From Clostridia bacterium (lineage in GTDB: Bacteria > Bacillota > Clostridia > Oscillospirales > CAG-272), in NCBI GenBank assembly GCA_017646745.1, contig JAGCLY010000003.1, positions 3,495-67,494 of the forward strand: a stretch of 64,000 nucleotides of DNA, given 5' to 3'. Below are positions 47,904-58,147 of the stretch, piece after piece. Both the position numbers and the translations under genes were made by a program. Position 1 is the stretch's first letter. Every line of letters starts with the position of its first letter. The notes beneath the pieces were generated by a model, which was not told the origin of the DNA, did no database searches, and was given only the letters and a program-made list of their open reading frames with translations.

Positions 47904-48920
47904 TTATTCCTTATAATAACTAGCAAGAATATTAGTAACGTTTTTCTTCACTGCCTTGCCCCTGACGGGAATTCTCGCATTAATAAGAGAAAGTCCCTTG
48001 GCTACAGAGTCAATAGGATCGGAGGGCTGTCTTACTGAAACGCCCAAGATCTTGCTCATCATCAGATCCAAGCCATGAAGCATCGAGCCGCCACCTGTTA
48101 ATACTATACCATTGGCAAAAACGCTCTCAACCTGATCAAGGGGTATCTTTTTAATAGCATTGGCAACAGCCATGAGAAGTCGGTAAAGAGGCTTCTCAAA
48201 CACACCAACTATATCCTCGGAAGTGATAGTCATCTTTACGCTATTTCCGGTCAGAGCGAGAGTACCCTCGATATCAATACTTCCCTCCTCCTTGCCGTGC
48301 CAAACAGAGCCAAGCTGCTCCTTAATAGCTCGGGCAACAGAAAGAGAAAGGTTTACTCCACCCTGCTCGCCTATATAATGCTTAACGGCCTTATCAAAAT
48401 CCTCACCGCCAACCATTTCTCTAGAAGTATAGGTAACTTCACCGTTGTGGAAGATAGCAATCTCGGTTGCAGAAGCGCCAACGTTGACAGAAATAACGCT
48501 CTGGTTGGGATTACCGCCTGCACCAATAAGGGCAGCCGCCGCACGGTTAACAGCATAGCACTCTGTGATACCCGAATCTGCAAGGATATTAAAGATATCC
48601 TTCTCCTGCTTGGAAACCAGATCAGAGGGTATACCAATTACACAGCGGAGACGCTCACCCTGAGGAACAGAGCCGATGACCTTGGAAACGATGCTCTGGG
48701 TTATCTGTCTGTCAAATAACAAGCCGTTCTTAAACGGTCTGACGAGCAACGCTCGATCACTAAACTCCTCTGCATGCTCAATAGCATCAAGACCCACCGA
48801 AACGATACGACGGCTGTCTTTATCTATGAGAGCAACAGACTGCTCACGGTATATACCGGCCGCAGTATCGCTTACGGTAATATTGGCGTAACCTAAATCA
48901 AGACCGATTTTAGTAACCAT
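47904..48920 (-). CDS. MreB/Mbl-like actin-family ATPase
   Basis: It aligns with MreB throughout (IGLDLGYANI phosphate-1 region, VNVGASATEIAI, GIVLTGGGSMLHGLD). It is divergent from canonical MreB. Confidence 0.78.
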   Translation of the reverse strand: MVTKIGLDLGYANITVSDTAAGIYREQSVALIDKDSRRIVSVGLDAIEHAEEFSDRALLVRPFKNGLLFDRQITQSIVSKVIGSVPQGERLRCVIGIPSDLVSKQEKDIFNILADSGITECYAVNRAAAALIGAGGNPNQSVISVNVGASATEIAIFHNGEVTYTSREMVGGEDFDKAVKHYIGEQGGVNLSLSVARAIKEQLGSVWHGKEEGSIDIEGTLALTGNSVKMTITSEDIVGVFEKPLYRLLMAVANAIKKIPLDQVESVFANGIVLTGGGSMLHGLDLMMSKILGVSVRQPSDPIDSVAKGLSLINARIPVRGKAVKKNVTNILASYYKE

Positions 48921-49008
48921 GCCGTCATCCTTTCAAGTGAATTTTACCCCATAATTATACAGGTACAAGATATTATACTACATTTGTATAGAAATTTCAA
49001 GTATATTT

Positions 49009-51219
49009 TTAAATATAATCACAAATTTTGTCTTTTAGCGATGTAAATCTTAATACGTAACGATTATTTTCTGTCATTTTGCGAGGCAGGTCAGATCTGC
49101 CAACAAGGATGACCATACTCTTCGCTCTGGTGACGGCGGTATACAGAAGATTTCTTGCCATCAGCATCGGTGCGCAGGAGAACATAGGGATTATAACAAC
49201 AGGATATTCGCTTCCCTGACTTTTGTGAACGGTAATTGCATAAGCAAGCTCCAGCTCCTCCAGCATATCGTAGCTGTACTGCGCGACCTTATCATCAAAT
49301 CTGACCGACACGGTTTCATCGCTATAATCAATGCGCTCAACAACTCCGATATCTCCGTTGAAAAGTCCAACACCTGTGGCGCCGTTTTTCTCCCATTCAA
49401 TATCGTAATTATTGACAATCTGCATTACCCTGTCGCCCTCACGGAATACTGTACCGTGAGATGACCTTTCACGCTTGAACTTAGCAGGAGGATTAAGCCT
49501 TGCCTGCAAAACCTCGTTCATTACATCTACACCTGCAACACCCCTTCTGGACGGAGTAATAACCTGGATTTTATCCTTTATGTCCTTACCGTAGGTTCTA
49601 GGCAATCTCTCGTCTATAAGCGAGCAGATGGTTTCGGCAATATCGCCTTCCCTCTCTCTTTTTACAAAGAAAAAGTCACTGTCAGTTACATTAAGCAACG
49701 GAGATACGCCCTCGTTTATTCTGTGAGCATTGGTAATAATCAGGCTCTGCTCTGATTGGCGGAATATTTCAGTCAGTCTGACCGTTCTTATTCTTTCGGA
49801 CGAAATAAGATCAGATAAGACATTGCCTGCGCCAACGCTGGGTAGCTGATCAGAGTCACCGATAAGAATCAGCCTCGCTCCCCTTTTCATAGCGCTGATC
49901 ATAGCGGCGGTAAGCGAAAGATCAAGCATAGATGCCTCGTCTACTATGATTACTCCCTCATTAAGCGGATTACGCTCGTTACGACAGAATCTGATACTGC
50001 CGTCGGTCGTTCTCTCCATCTCCAGCATTCTATGCACGGTCTTGGCCTCCTCGCCGGTAGCCTCACTCATCCTCTTAGCGGCTCGGCCTGTGGGGGCCGC
50101 AAGAACGGTCTTAAGGCCGACGCTTTTGAATATAGAAAGCATAGCCTTAACTACGGTGGTTTTACCCGTACCGGGGCCTCCGGTAAGTATCATAATGCCG
50201 TTGTCCAAAGAAGCAAAGAGGGCCTCCCTTTGCAGAGGTGCAAAGCTGATGTTAAGACTGCCCTCCACCTTTTCGATAAGAGCGCTGATGTCACCTACGC
50301 CAAAATGAACGTAGGATTCGGATATACGGCGTATACCACGGGCAACAACATCCTCCTGCTCTGCGGTGGCTGATGTCATTATATAATTAACGTTGCCCAT
50401 TTTATAGGAAGCCAGATCTCCCCTGTCAAGCAAGCGGTTTATCGCATTAGCAACAGTCCCCTCGCTTATTTCAAGCAGCGAGGATGCGGAGGAAACAACA
50501 TCCCCCTCCGGACAGCATGTATGTCCGCTTGACGATGCAATATGAGAAAGTAAATAGTTGATGCCGCTGAGTATGCGGCTCTCGGATTCGGGGTCTGTAC
50601 CCAGGCTCTTTGCTATAGCATCAGCCTTGGCAAAAGGAATTCCAAGCTCGCCGTCGCATAAAATGTAAGGATTCTCTTTAATAAGCCCTACTGCACCAGC
50701 GCCAAACCGCTTATAAACCCTAGCAATCTCACCGACACCCATATAGTCCTTGCAAAACATCATTACGCCACGAGCTCCCGATTGCTGACGGAAGGACTCA
50801 GAGATAGCTGCGGCTTTTTTCCTGGTTATTCCCGAAATGTCCGCAAGCCACTCCGGCCGATGCTCTATAACGTCAAAGCTATCCACACCAAAACGGTTCA
50901 CTATCTTCAGCGCCGTCACCGGCCCTATGCCCTTGATAGTGCCCGATGAAAGATATTTGAAAATTCCGTCAATATCGTCTGGCAGGCTCTTGTCAAAGGA
51001 ATCGAAGGCAAACTGCTTACCAAATTCCTTATGATAGGTCCATCTGCCGCTAAGAGTAACCAACTCGCCCTCAAAGGCCATGGGCATAACGCCTACCGCG
51101 CAAATGAGATTATCATCACCGTCGGCTATCTCAAGCACGGTGTAATCGTTGTTCTCATTACGGTAGACGACCTCTTCAATTCTGCCTTTTATGACCTCAT
51201 TTTTTTCGATACGGCTCAT
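49009..51219 (-). CDS. recD2: RecD2-type SF1B ATP-dependent DNA helicase
   Basis: Walker A (GGPGTGKTT), DEASML, and C-terminal AITVHKSQGSEY. The N-terminal region is HhH-like. Confidence 0.9.
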   Translation of the reverse strand: MSRIEKNEVIKGRIEEVVYRNENNDYTVLEIADGDDNLICAVGVMPMAFEGELVTLSGRWTYHKEFGKQFAFDSFDKSLPDDIDGIFKYLSSGTIKGIGPVTALKIVNRFGVDSFDVIEHRPEWLADISGITRKKAAAISESFRQQSGARGVMMFCKDYMGVGEIARVYKRFGAGAVGLIKENPYILCDGELGIPFAKADAIAKSLGTDPESESRILSGINYLLSHIASSSGHTCCPEGDVVSSASSLLEISEGTVANAINRLLDRGDLASYKMGNVNYIMTSATAEQEDVVARGIRRISESYVHFGVGDISALIEKVEGSLNISFAPLQREALFASLDNGIMILTGGPGTGKTTVVKAMLSIFKSVGLKTVLAAPTGRAAKRMSEATGEEAKTVHRMLEMERTTDGSIRFCRNERNPLNEGVIIVDEASMLDLSLTAAMISAMKRGARLILIGDSDQLPSVGAGNVLSDLISSERIRTVRLTEIFRQSEQSLIITNAHRINEGVSPLLNVTDSDFFFVKREREGDIAETICSLIDERLPRTYGKDIKDKIQVITPSRRGVAGVDVMNEVLQARLNPPAKFKRERSSHGTVFREGDRVMQIVNNYDIEWEKNGATGVGLFNGDIGVVERIDYSDETVSVRFDDKVAQYSYDMLEELELAYAITVHKSQGSEYPVVIIPMFSCAPMLMARNLLYTAVTRAKSMVILVGRSDLPRKMTENNRYVLRFTSLKDKICDYI

Positions 51220-51371
51220 CTTTTTTCCTCTGTTTTTTTATCAACATTATTATATCAACTTTTTTCGACTATTTCAAGTATTTTGTGGGGGAAATAAATG
51301 TTTTTGCCGCATAAAATGTTTGCCCCGGGTTAAAATATCGTTATCAGTAAAATTGGAAAGGAATGGTCAAA

Positions 51372-52649
51372 ATGAAAAAAATAATATCTCTTGCGATTGC
51401 GTTGTCAATCACAGTATCGATGCTATGCCTTGGAGGTATTGGCGCCGCCGCATATTTCGGTCTTGGCGCACAGGTGGTGGCAAACGATGTCAACATGATA
51501 AAGACCGCACTGATCGGTCAGAAGATCTGTTTTACAGACGGAGATTTCAAATCGGCGCTTGTGCTATCCGACTTTGACAGCATAACCATTACCGAAATTC
51601 CCGCATCAACCGAGGGAACGCTGTTGCTTAGCGGTAGGCGTGTAGGTAAAGGGCGTGTTATAAAACGTAAAAACCTAGGTGGACTGGTCTTTATTCCCGC
51701 CTCCGACTCGGTTAAGGAGTGCAGCTTTAAATTTACGGTTGACGGATATGCGGGTGGTGCGGAAATTGAATGTGTTCTCAAATTCATCGACAAGGTTAAT
51801 TATGCGCCTGAAACCACCGGTGACACAGTCAGTACAGCAAGCATTTCAACACAGGAGTCAATTTCGGTATACGGAAACCTTGGCGCAACCGATCCAGAGG
51901 GAGATGAAATTGAATATATTATCGTTACCTACCCCGGGCATGGTATTTTAACTATAACCGAACAAGAAAACGGCAGATATTGCTATACTCCTACCGATGG
52001 ATATGTTGGCAAGGATAAGTTTACCTACGTTGTAAGAGATGAGTACGGAAATTACTCAAAGCCGGTCAGTGTATCAGTAAGAATAACTAAGCGAATGAGC
52101 GATGTCGTTTACCGTGACATGGTAGACCGTGAGGAATATAATGCCGCCGTAGCCATGACAGCAATGGGCATAATGAGCGGTGTACAGCTTGGTGACGATC
52201 AGTATTTCCACCCTGACGAGAGAGTTACAAGAGCAGAATTTGTAGCTATGGCAATGAAATGTGCAGGAATTCGCGTAGACTCTACGCTAAGTGGCACATA
52301 TTTTGATGACGACGAGGATATCTCGGTATCTTTGAAGGGCTATATTGCCACGGCGCAAAGAGCCGGAATCATAAACGGGGATTTCAAGGATGGGAAACTT
52401 GTATTTTCTCCTAATGAAGAAATAACACGTTACGAGGCGGCTAAGATATTAGCAACCATGCTGGGGGTAGATGCCGAGGGCGAAGAAAGCGTGTTTGCTA
52501 CAGATAATGACATCCCCGTATGGGCGAGAGCGGGTGTATATGCTATGTGCTCTATGGGTGTGTTTGACGACAGCGACAGCTCATCGCTAACCGAAACTAT
52601 TACACGTGGCGATGTAGCGGAATATCTCTACCGAATCTCAAAGATCTGA
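51372..52649 (+). CDS. Secreted protein with cadherin-like/Ig-like domain and three C-terminal SLH repeats
   Basis: Signal peptide (MKKIISLAIALSITVSMLCLGGIGAAA). DPEGDEIEYIIV...YCYTPTDGYVGKDKFTYVVRDEYGNYS is cadherin-like. The SLH-like repeats are VTRAEFVAMAMK, ITRYEAAKILATML and ITRGDVAEYLYR. Confidence 0.75.
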   Translation: MKKIISLAIALSITVSMLCLGGIGAAAYFGLGAQVVANDVNMIKTALIGQKICFTDGDFKSALVLSDFDSITITEIPASTEGTLLLSGRRVGKGRVIKRKNLGGLVFIPASDSVKECSFKFTVDGYAGGAEIECVLKFIDKVNYAPETTGDTVSTASISTQESISVYGNLGATDPEGDEIEYIIVTYPGHGILTITEQENGRYCYTPTDGYVGKDKFTYVVRDEYGNYSKPVSVSVRITKRMSDVVYRDMVDREEYNAAVAMTAMGIMSGVQLGDDQYFHPDERVTRAEFVAMAMKCAGIRVDSTLSGTYFDDDEDISVSLKGYIATAQRAGIINGDFKDGKLVFSPNEEITRYEAAKILATMLGVDAEGEESVFATDNDIPVWARAGVYAMCSMGVFDDSDSSSLTETITRGDVAEYLYRISKI

Positions 52650-52656
52650 TACAAAA

Positions 52657-52687
52657 ATCACGCCCCAATTGAGGGCGTGATTTTTTC
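52657..52687 (+). terminator. Rho-independent terminator
   Basis: AATCACGCCC-loop-GGGCGTGATT followed by TTTTT. Confidence 0.8.
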
Positions 52688-52748
52688 TATTTACAAAATG
52701 ATATTTTTGTGCTAAAATAAAAGTAACAAGATCGAAAGGAGATCTGAC

Positions 52749-53375
52749 ATGTCAAAAAAGCTTATCATTACTATTGCACGTCAATACGGTAGCGGAGGCC
52801 GAGAGATAGGAGAGCGCATTGCCCAAAAGCTCGGTATTCCTATCTATGACAAGTTGCTTATTACAGAGGCGGCCGCCAAGGGCGATCTTAATGAAGATGT
52901 GCTTAAAAAAGCCGATGAATCTGCGGCAAACAGTCTGCTGTATACCCTTGCTATGGGCTCTAACACCCTTGGTGCAACTATGCACTTCGGTTATAAGATG
53001 CCACTTAATGACAAGTTGTTTTTGCTTCAATCGGATGTTATAAGAGAATACGCCGAGCGCGGTAGCGGCGTTTTTATAGGCAGATGCGCCGACTACGTGC
53101 TTAAGGATGAGGATAATATTCTAAGGCTGTTTATTTACGGCGATCTTGAGCATAGAAAGCAAAGAGTGGCTGAAAGACACCCCGAGCTTAAGCCCCATCG
53201 TATAATAGATGAGATCAACAAAACCGACAAGCGCAGATCTACATACTATAATTTCTACACCGGCAATAAGTGGGGTAAATATGATAGCTACGATTTAGCA
53301 ATCAACTCCTCTACCCTCGGTATTGAAGGCACAGTCGATCTGATCTGTAGCTTCGCCGAAAAAATGATGAAATAA
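52749..53375 (+). CDS. Cytidylate-kinase-like family protein
   Basis: IARQYGSGGREIG N-terminal motif, typical of the CMK-like (AAA_33-type) family. Confidence 0.72.
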   Translation: MSKKLIITIARQYGSGGREIGERIAQKLGIPIYDKLLITEAAAKGDLNEDVLKKADESAANSLLYTLAMGSNTLGATMHFGYKMPLNDKLFLLQSDVIREYAERGSGVFIGRCADYVLKDEDNILRLFIYGDLEHRKQRVAERHPELKPHRIIDEINKTDKRRSTYYNFYTGNKWGKYDSYDLAINSSTLGIEGTVDLICSFAEKMMK

Positions 53376-53378
53376 ATA

Positions 53379-55235
53379 TTACTGCAGGCTGTTTAATACA
53401 GCCTGCTTTTTCGCCAGCTTCAGCTTGCCAAAGTTGTCTTTTCTGAACTCACCGTAACCGCCTACACTGTCAAACTCGCCCTTGTCACGCTCTCTCACCT
53501 CAAAGGTTATCTCTCGGATATGCCGTTTTATCTCCTTCAGCTCCTCGGCTACACCGGTAGAATCCTTCTCATTGTAGGTAAGCTCATCAGCAAGCGCCTC
53601 TATCCTCGCATACGCTCTGTCCATCGCTCCCTCGGAGGGATCGAAGAGTAACTCCGCAGCGCTCAAGAACTCATATCTCACACCGGTTCTTGTAAGATCT
53701 CCGTCATACCTTCCAAAGTACTTGTCCGCAATAGATATTATTCCCGCAGGATCTACACCGATATTGTTGATATTCCTCTTAACTGCCGCAACCTCGGTCG
53801 TAGTAGCACGATTGCCGTCTGCAAGAGCGCTTCTACCACCCGAATCAATGTTCTTGGTAGATGTATCAACAGCAGCATATTGTCCTTCGTCACCGTTAAT
53901 CCAGGCAATGTCAGTCAGAGGCACCGTTTTTGAGTAAACCTTTTTGCCTCTACCGCCTGCATATTCCTCTGCCTGAATGTAAGATGTTGATACAAACACA
54001 CCGTCTTTTATCGGATAAGAACTGTAAACAGTAATTTTACCGTCCTTCAATGCCTGTTTTGCATCAGCTCTTGAAAAATCACCCCAGAAGAACTGTCCTT
54101 CGCTCTCGTCATCAAGCTTAAGCACCTCGTCCCACGTGCGAATATCTTCAACCGATCTGATTCCTGTATGATATTCATCCCACATAGGATTTGTCTTTTG
54201 AATAATATCAAACTGACTTTGTTTGAAATCTTTTTCACTTTTTTTATCAAAAGCCTTGTCATTTTGAGATTTTTGTGGTATACTATCTACAAAGAGTTCT
54301 CCATTTGCGCCCTTGCGGGTGTTCACGCCGGCATGTAAAGTCCGTCGGGTGGAGGACTCTTTTGTTTTTTCGGCATTGTAACTATATACGTAAGTTCCGT
54401 CATTTTTTTCTTTTACATTTATTGTTACAGTATAAGGGGTGTAGCCACTTTCGCCATGCTCAGAAAAATATATGTCATTCACAAAATAATGCCACATATT
54501 GACATCCTTATGGGTTTCAGTTGATTTTCCTGTTTCCTCCTTAGAATAGTTATATGTAGATTCGCTCGCAATCTGATAATAATCATCAGCAAGATCAAGA
54601 GTGACTCTCTGCTCTGAACTCGTTCCATGCCTATTTCCAAGTGCGATTTTCGTTGCGTCTGTGAACACATTTTTTGTTGTATCAATGGTAGGATCAAACT
54701 CCGCTGATATAGTCCTTGATGTTTCGCCGTTTGAAATAACAAGTTTGATGGGTTTTTTCGACCATACATCAACGATATATTTTAATATTCTTTCACTCTT
54801 GGCCGCTTTTGGCGTTCCTTTGGGAAAATTAGATTCATAGATACCTTTTCCATCATCAGCATACCCCTTAAATGCCAACCTCTCCCCGCTAACGTGCATG
54901 TTTTCCTTTTTCATGTTCATTAGCGGTGTTTTTTGCGCATTTTCAACGAGTTTACCGATTTTCTTGATCGTTTTCGGTGTTTTACCCGATTCTGCATTTT
55001 GCATTTTGCCTTCTGCATTCTCATCAGGCACCAGCTTACCGAGTCTTTTGATAACCTTATTCGGCACCTGCGTAGCTGCAGGTGTTTTTTCATCGTCTAC
55101 CACTCGACCCAGCACCTTTACAACCTTGTCAGAGGCATTTACGTCCTCCGCAACGTTCATTCCGGAATTATACTGCGCCACCTGGTTAAACAGCTTCTTA
55201 TATTCCTGTATCCACATTTTCGCTGCAGCATCCAT
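53379..55235 (-). CDS. Hypothetical 618-aa protein, possibly a fragment of a mobile-element polyvalent protein
   Basis: Long intact ORF with no SD and no promoter between it and the upstream terminator. The N-terminus carries three K-[VI]-[VIK]-K-x-[LI]-G-[RK]-[LV]-V repeats. My impression of similarity to polyvalent-protein domains is unverified. Confidence 0.45.
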   Translation of the reverse strand: MDAAAKMWIQEYKKLFNQVAQYNSGMNVAEDVNASDKVVKVLGRVVDDEKTPAATQVPNKVIKRLGKLVPDENAEGKMQNAESGKTPKTIKKIGKLVENAQKTPLMNMKKENMHVSGERLAFKGYADDGKGIYESNFPKGTPKAAKSERILKYIVDVWSKKPIKLVISNGETSRTISAEFDPTIDTTKNVFTDATKIALGNRHGTSSEQRVTLDLADDYYQIASESTYNYSKEETGKSTETHKDVNMWHYFVNDIYFSEHGESGYTPYTVTINVKEKNDGTYVYSYNAEKTKESSTRRTLHAGVNTRKGANGELFVDSIPQKSQNDKAFDKKSEKDFKQSQFDIIQKTNPMWDEYHTGIRSVEDIRTWDEVLKLDDESEGQFFWGDFSRADAKQALKDGKITVYSSYPIKDGVFVSTSYIQAEEYAGGRGKKVYSKTVPLTDIAWINGDEGQYAAVDTSTKNIDSGGRSALADGNRATTTEVAAVKRNINNIGVDPAGIISIADKYFGRYDGDLTRTGVRYEFLSAAELLFDPSEGAMDRAYARIEALADELTYNEKDSTGVAEELKEIKRHIREITFEVRERDKGEFDSVGGYGEFRKDNFGKLKLAKKQAVLNSLQ

Positions 55236-55267
55236 TTCGGGCGCAAAGCTGTATCTCTTGGGCGATG

Positions 55268-55300
55268 AAAAAAGGACAGAGTTTTAGCTCTGTCCTTTTT
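55268..55300. terminator. Bidirectional terminator after the M18 aminopeptidase gene
   Basis: GGACAGAGC-loop-GCTCTGTCC flanked by A6 and T5 runs. Confidence 0.75.
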
Positions 55301-55305
55301 CTTTC

Positions 55306-56586
55306 TTAATTTATTTTGATATCCTCGCCGGACTTTTGGATGCCGGAGGAATACATTGTTTTGAGAACTGCGATCATATCATCAAGATCGCTTACTGCGG
55401 CGGTTTCGGTGGCGGAATGCATTGCCAACTGAGGCAGACCGATGTCGATAGTAGACATGGCTACACGGGTGTTGGATATAGATCCGAGGGTTGAGCCGCC
55501 AACCATATCGGCACGGTTGGAGAAGTGCTGAAGCTTAACTCCGGTTCGGTCAGCGAAAGTAGTAAATATCGCATCGGAAATAGCGTCGGTAGTATATCTC
55601 TGATTTGCATTATATTTTACCACAACACCTCCGCCGAGGATGGGCGCATTAGATCCGTCGTAGAGCTCGGGGTGGTTGGGATGAAGCGCATGAGCATTGT
55701 CCGCGCTTACCATAAAGCTATGATAAAGCATAGCAGAATATTTTTCGTCGCTTCCCGCTATGGCTTTAAGAGTAAAATCAAGGAATGTAGATGCAGCACC
55801 CTGCTTGGTCTCGGAGCCAACCTCCTCATTATCAAAAACAGCGAGGACAGAAACAGACTCGCCACTCTCATCAGCATCAATAAATGCACGAAGAGAAGCA
55901 TAAACGCAACCGAGGTCATCAATACGGGGAGCGAGAAGCATATCGTCGTTAATACCGATAACTCTGCCCTGTTCTGCGTTATAAAGATAGAGATCGTGAG
56001 AAATAATATCCTCAACCTTTACGTTAGCCTGATCAGCAATAGCAGACATAACAGCGCCCTTCGCCGCCGCAGTACCTGCAAGCGGGAGCAAATCTGTGGC
56101 AGGATTAAACTTATATCCGTCGTTAACTCCACGGTTAAGGTGAATTGCAACACTGGGAATAGTAAGAGCTGCTTTTTCAATATTTACAAGATGGGTTTTA
56201 ATTCCGTCATCGGTCTTTACAACGATTCTGCCGGCTACCGACAAGGGGCGATCAAGCCAGCTGTAAAGAATCATTCCACCGTATCTCTCGGTTGCAAGTC
56301 TGGTGTAGCTCGCACCCGAAAGCTCGTTTTTGATTTTAAAGCAGGGGGAATCGGAGTGAGATGCGGTTATCATAAAACCGCCCTTTTCTGCTCTGCCCTT
56401 AAATGCTATAATTGAAGAACCGCCACGAGTAACAAAGTGCTTTCCACCGTCGGAAAATGCAGCGGTATCGCTCTCGGCAAGCTCAGTATAACCTGCGTTT
56501 TCCAGCATTTCCTTTATAGTATTAACGGTATGAAAAGCCGTGGGAGAATGATTTATAAAGTCAAGAAGCTGATTTACATATGCCAT
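55306..56586 (-). CDS. M18-family aminopeptidase
   Basis: LLDFINHSPTAFH N-terminus and the overall M18 layout (426 aa). Confidence 0.82.
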   Translation of the reverse strand: MAYVNQLLDFINHSPTAFHTVNTIKEMLENAGYTELAESDTAAFSDGGKHFVTRGGSSIIAFKGRAEKGGFMITASHSDSPCFKIKNELSGASYTRLATERYGGMILYSWLDRPLSVAGRIVVKTDDGIKTHLVNIEKAALTIPSVAIHLNRGVNDGYKFNPATDLLPLAGTAAAKGAVMSAIADQANVKVEDIISHDLYLYNAEQGRVIGINDDMLLAPRIDDLGCVYASLRAFIDADESGESVSVLAVFDNEEVGSETKQGAASTFLDFTLKAIAGSDEKYSAMLYHSFMVSADNAHALHPNHPELYDGSNAPILGGGVVVKYNANQRYTTDAISDAIFTTFADRTGVKLQHFSNRADMVGGSTLGSISNTRVAMSTIDIGLPQLAMHSATETAAVSDLDDMIAVLKTMYSSGIQKSGEDIKIN

Positions 56587-56713
56587 AATATGTCCTCACA
56601 ATAGATTTATTAGATATATTTTACTACTTTTATGTAAAAAAGTCAACTTTCTGCTTGAAAATCTTTAAACTTTATTGTAAAATAGTTATATATCTTTTAT
56701 TCAAGGAGAAAAT

Positions 56714-58135
56714 ATGTTAGACTTCACAAGCTATTCCTCCTCAGAAAAGGCGCTTCGTTTTTTTGAGGAGTTTTCTAAGATTCCCCGTGGCTCGGGCAAC
56801 ACCAAGGCCATTGCAGGCTATCTTGTAAAGTTTGCAAATGACAGAGGACTGGAGGTTATCCGTGACTCGGCGGATAACGTTATTATTAAAAAGCCTGCCA
56901 CCGAAGGATATGAGGATCGCCCCGGAGTTATTATCCAGGGACACACCGACATCGTTGCATTAAAGGAGCCCGGCTGTCCTATTAATATGGACAAGGAGGG
57001 ACTTGATCTTTACATCGACGGAGAATACCTCCGTGCAAGAGGAACAACCCTGGGAGCTGACGACGGCGTTGCTATGGCATACGCTATGGCCATTCTTGAT
57101 TCTGATGATGTGGCTCACCCTGCGCTTGAGGCAGTATTCACCTCCGACGAGGAAACCGGTCTACTCGGTGCCACAGCGCTTGACACAAGTGCACTGAACG
57201 GCAATATGCTTATTAACATTGACTCCGATGAGGAGGGTATCTTCACAGCAGGCTGTGCCGGCGGCGGAAGAATTGATATCAGCCTTCCCGTTACTGCAAA
57301 AACACGTATAGGCAGAACCTTTACACTCAAGGTTGGCGGTCTGAAGGGTGGACACAGCGGTGTTGAAATTCACAAGGGGCGTGCCAACGCGATCAAGGTT
57401 ATTGCCGAAATTCTTTCCAAGCTTGACGGTGTAAGACTGGGCAAATTTATTGCAGGAAGCGCCGACAACGCAATCCCCTCGGATGCTATTGTTATCTTCC
57501 ACTCGAAATCATCTATTTATGAGATCAGTCAGATAATCAACGACGTTAAAGAAGCCCTGCCCGAGGAAGAGACAGATGCAAGATTTAACGTAGATATGTC
57601 GCTCTTCTCTGCCAAGCTGTTATCCACCGAGGACAGCGCGAATATCCTTTCGCTCCTCTGCGAGATGCCCAACGGTGTTACAAGAATGAGCGAGGACATC
57701 GAGGGACTTGTAGAGACCTCGCTGAATATGGGTATTATCGACCTTGACGACAAGAGCCTGTCACTTACAGTATCGGTACGTAGCGCAAAGGGTGAGGAGA
57801 AGGCAAATCTTATCAACAAAATTAAGGAAATCGCATCCTCTCATCATGCCTCGGTAGGTGTAAGAGGAGAATATCCCGCATGGGAGTATCGCAAGGACTC
57901 TCACCTTCGTGACGTGATGTGCAAGGTATACAGCGATATGTATGGCAAGGATGCGACGGTGGTTACCATTCACGCAGGTCTGGAGTGTGGCATCTTCTCT
58001 GACAAGATGGGCGACCTTGACTGCGTATCTATCGGCCCCGATAATCATGATATTCATACCCCCGATGAGCGTCTTTCTCTGCCCTCGTTCAACAGAATGT
58101 ATGAATATCTTATAAATGTGTTAAAGAATCTTTAA
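56714..58135 (+). CDS. pepD: Aminoacyl-histidine dipeptidase (M20C)
   Basis: FEEFSKIPRGSGN, GHTDIV and the LGADDGVAMA and SDEETGL metal-ligand motifs. Confidence 0.9.
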   Translation: MLDFTSYSSSEKALRFFEEFSKIPRGSGNTKAIAGYLVKFANDRGLEVIRDSADNVIIKKPATEGYEDRPGVIIQGHTDIVALKEPGCPINMDKEGLDLYIDGEYLRARGTTLGADDGVAMAYAMAILDSDDVAHPALEAVFTSDEETGLLGATALDTSALNGNMLINIDSDEEGIFTAGCAGGGRIDISLPVTAKTRIGRTFTLKVGGLKGGHSGVEIHKGRANAIKVIAEILSKLDGVRLGKFIAGSADNAIPSDAIVIFHSKSSIYEISQIINDVKEALPEEETDARFNVDMSLFSAKLLSTEDSANILSLLCEMPNGVTRMSEDIEGLVETSLNMGIIDLDDKSLSLTVSVRSAKGEEKANLINKIKEIASSHHASVGVRGEYPAWEYRKDSHLRDVMCKVYSDMYGKDATVVTIHAGLECGIFSDKMGDLDCVSIGPDNHDIHTPDERLSLPSFNRMYEYLINVLKNL

Positions 58136-58147
58136 GGAGTAAATAAT

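Noticed and set aside
55525-56415. 296-aa plus-strand ORF
   Set aside because: It is antisense to the M18 aminopeptidase gene.
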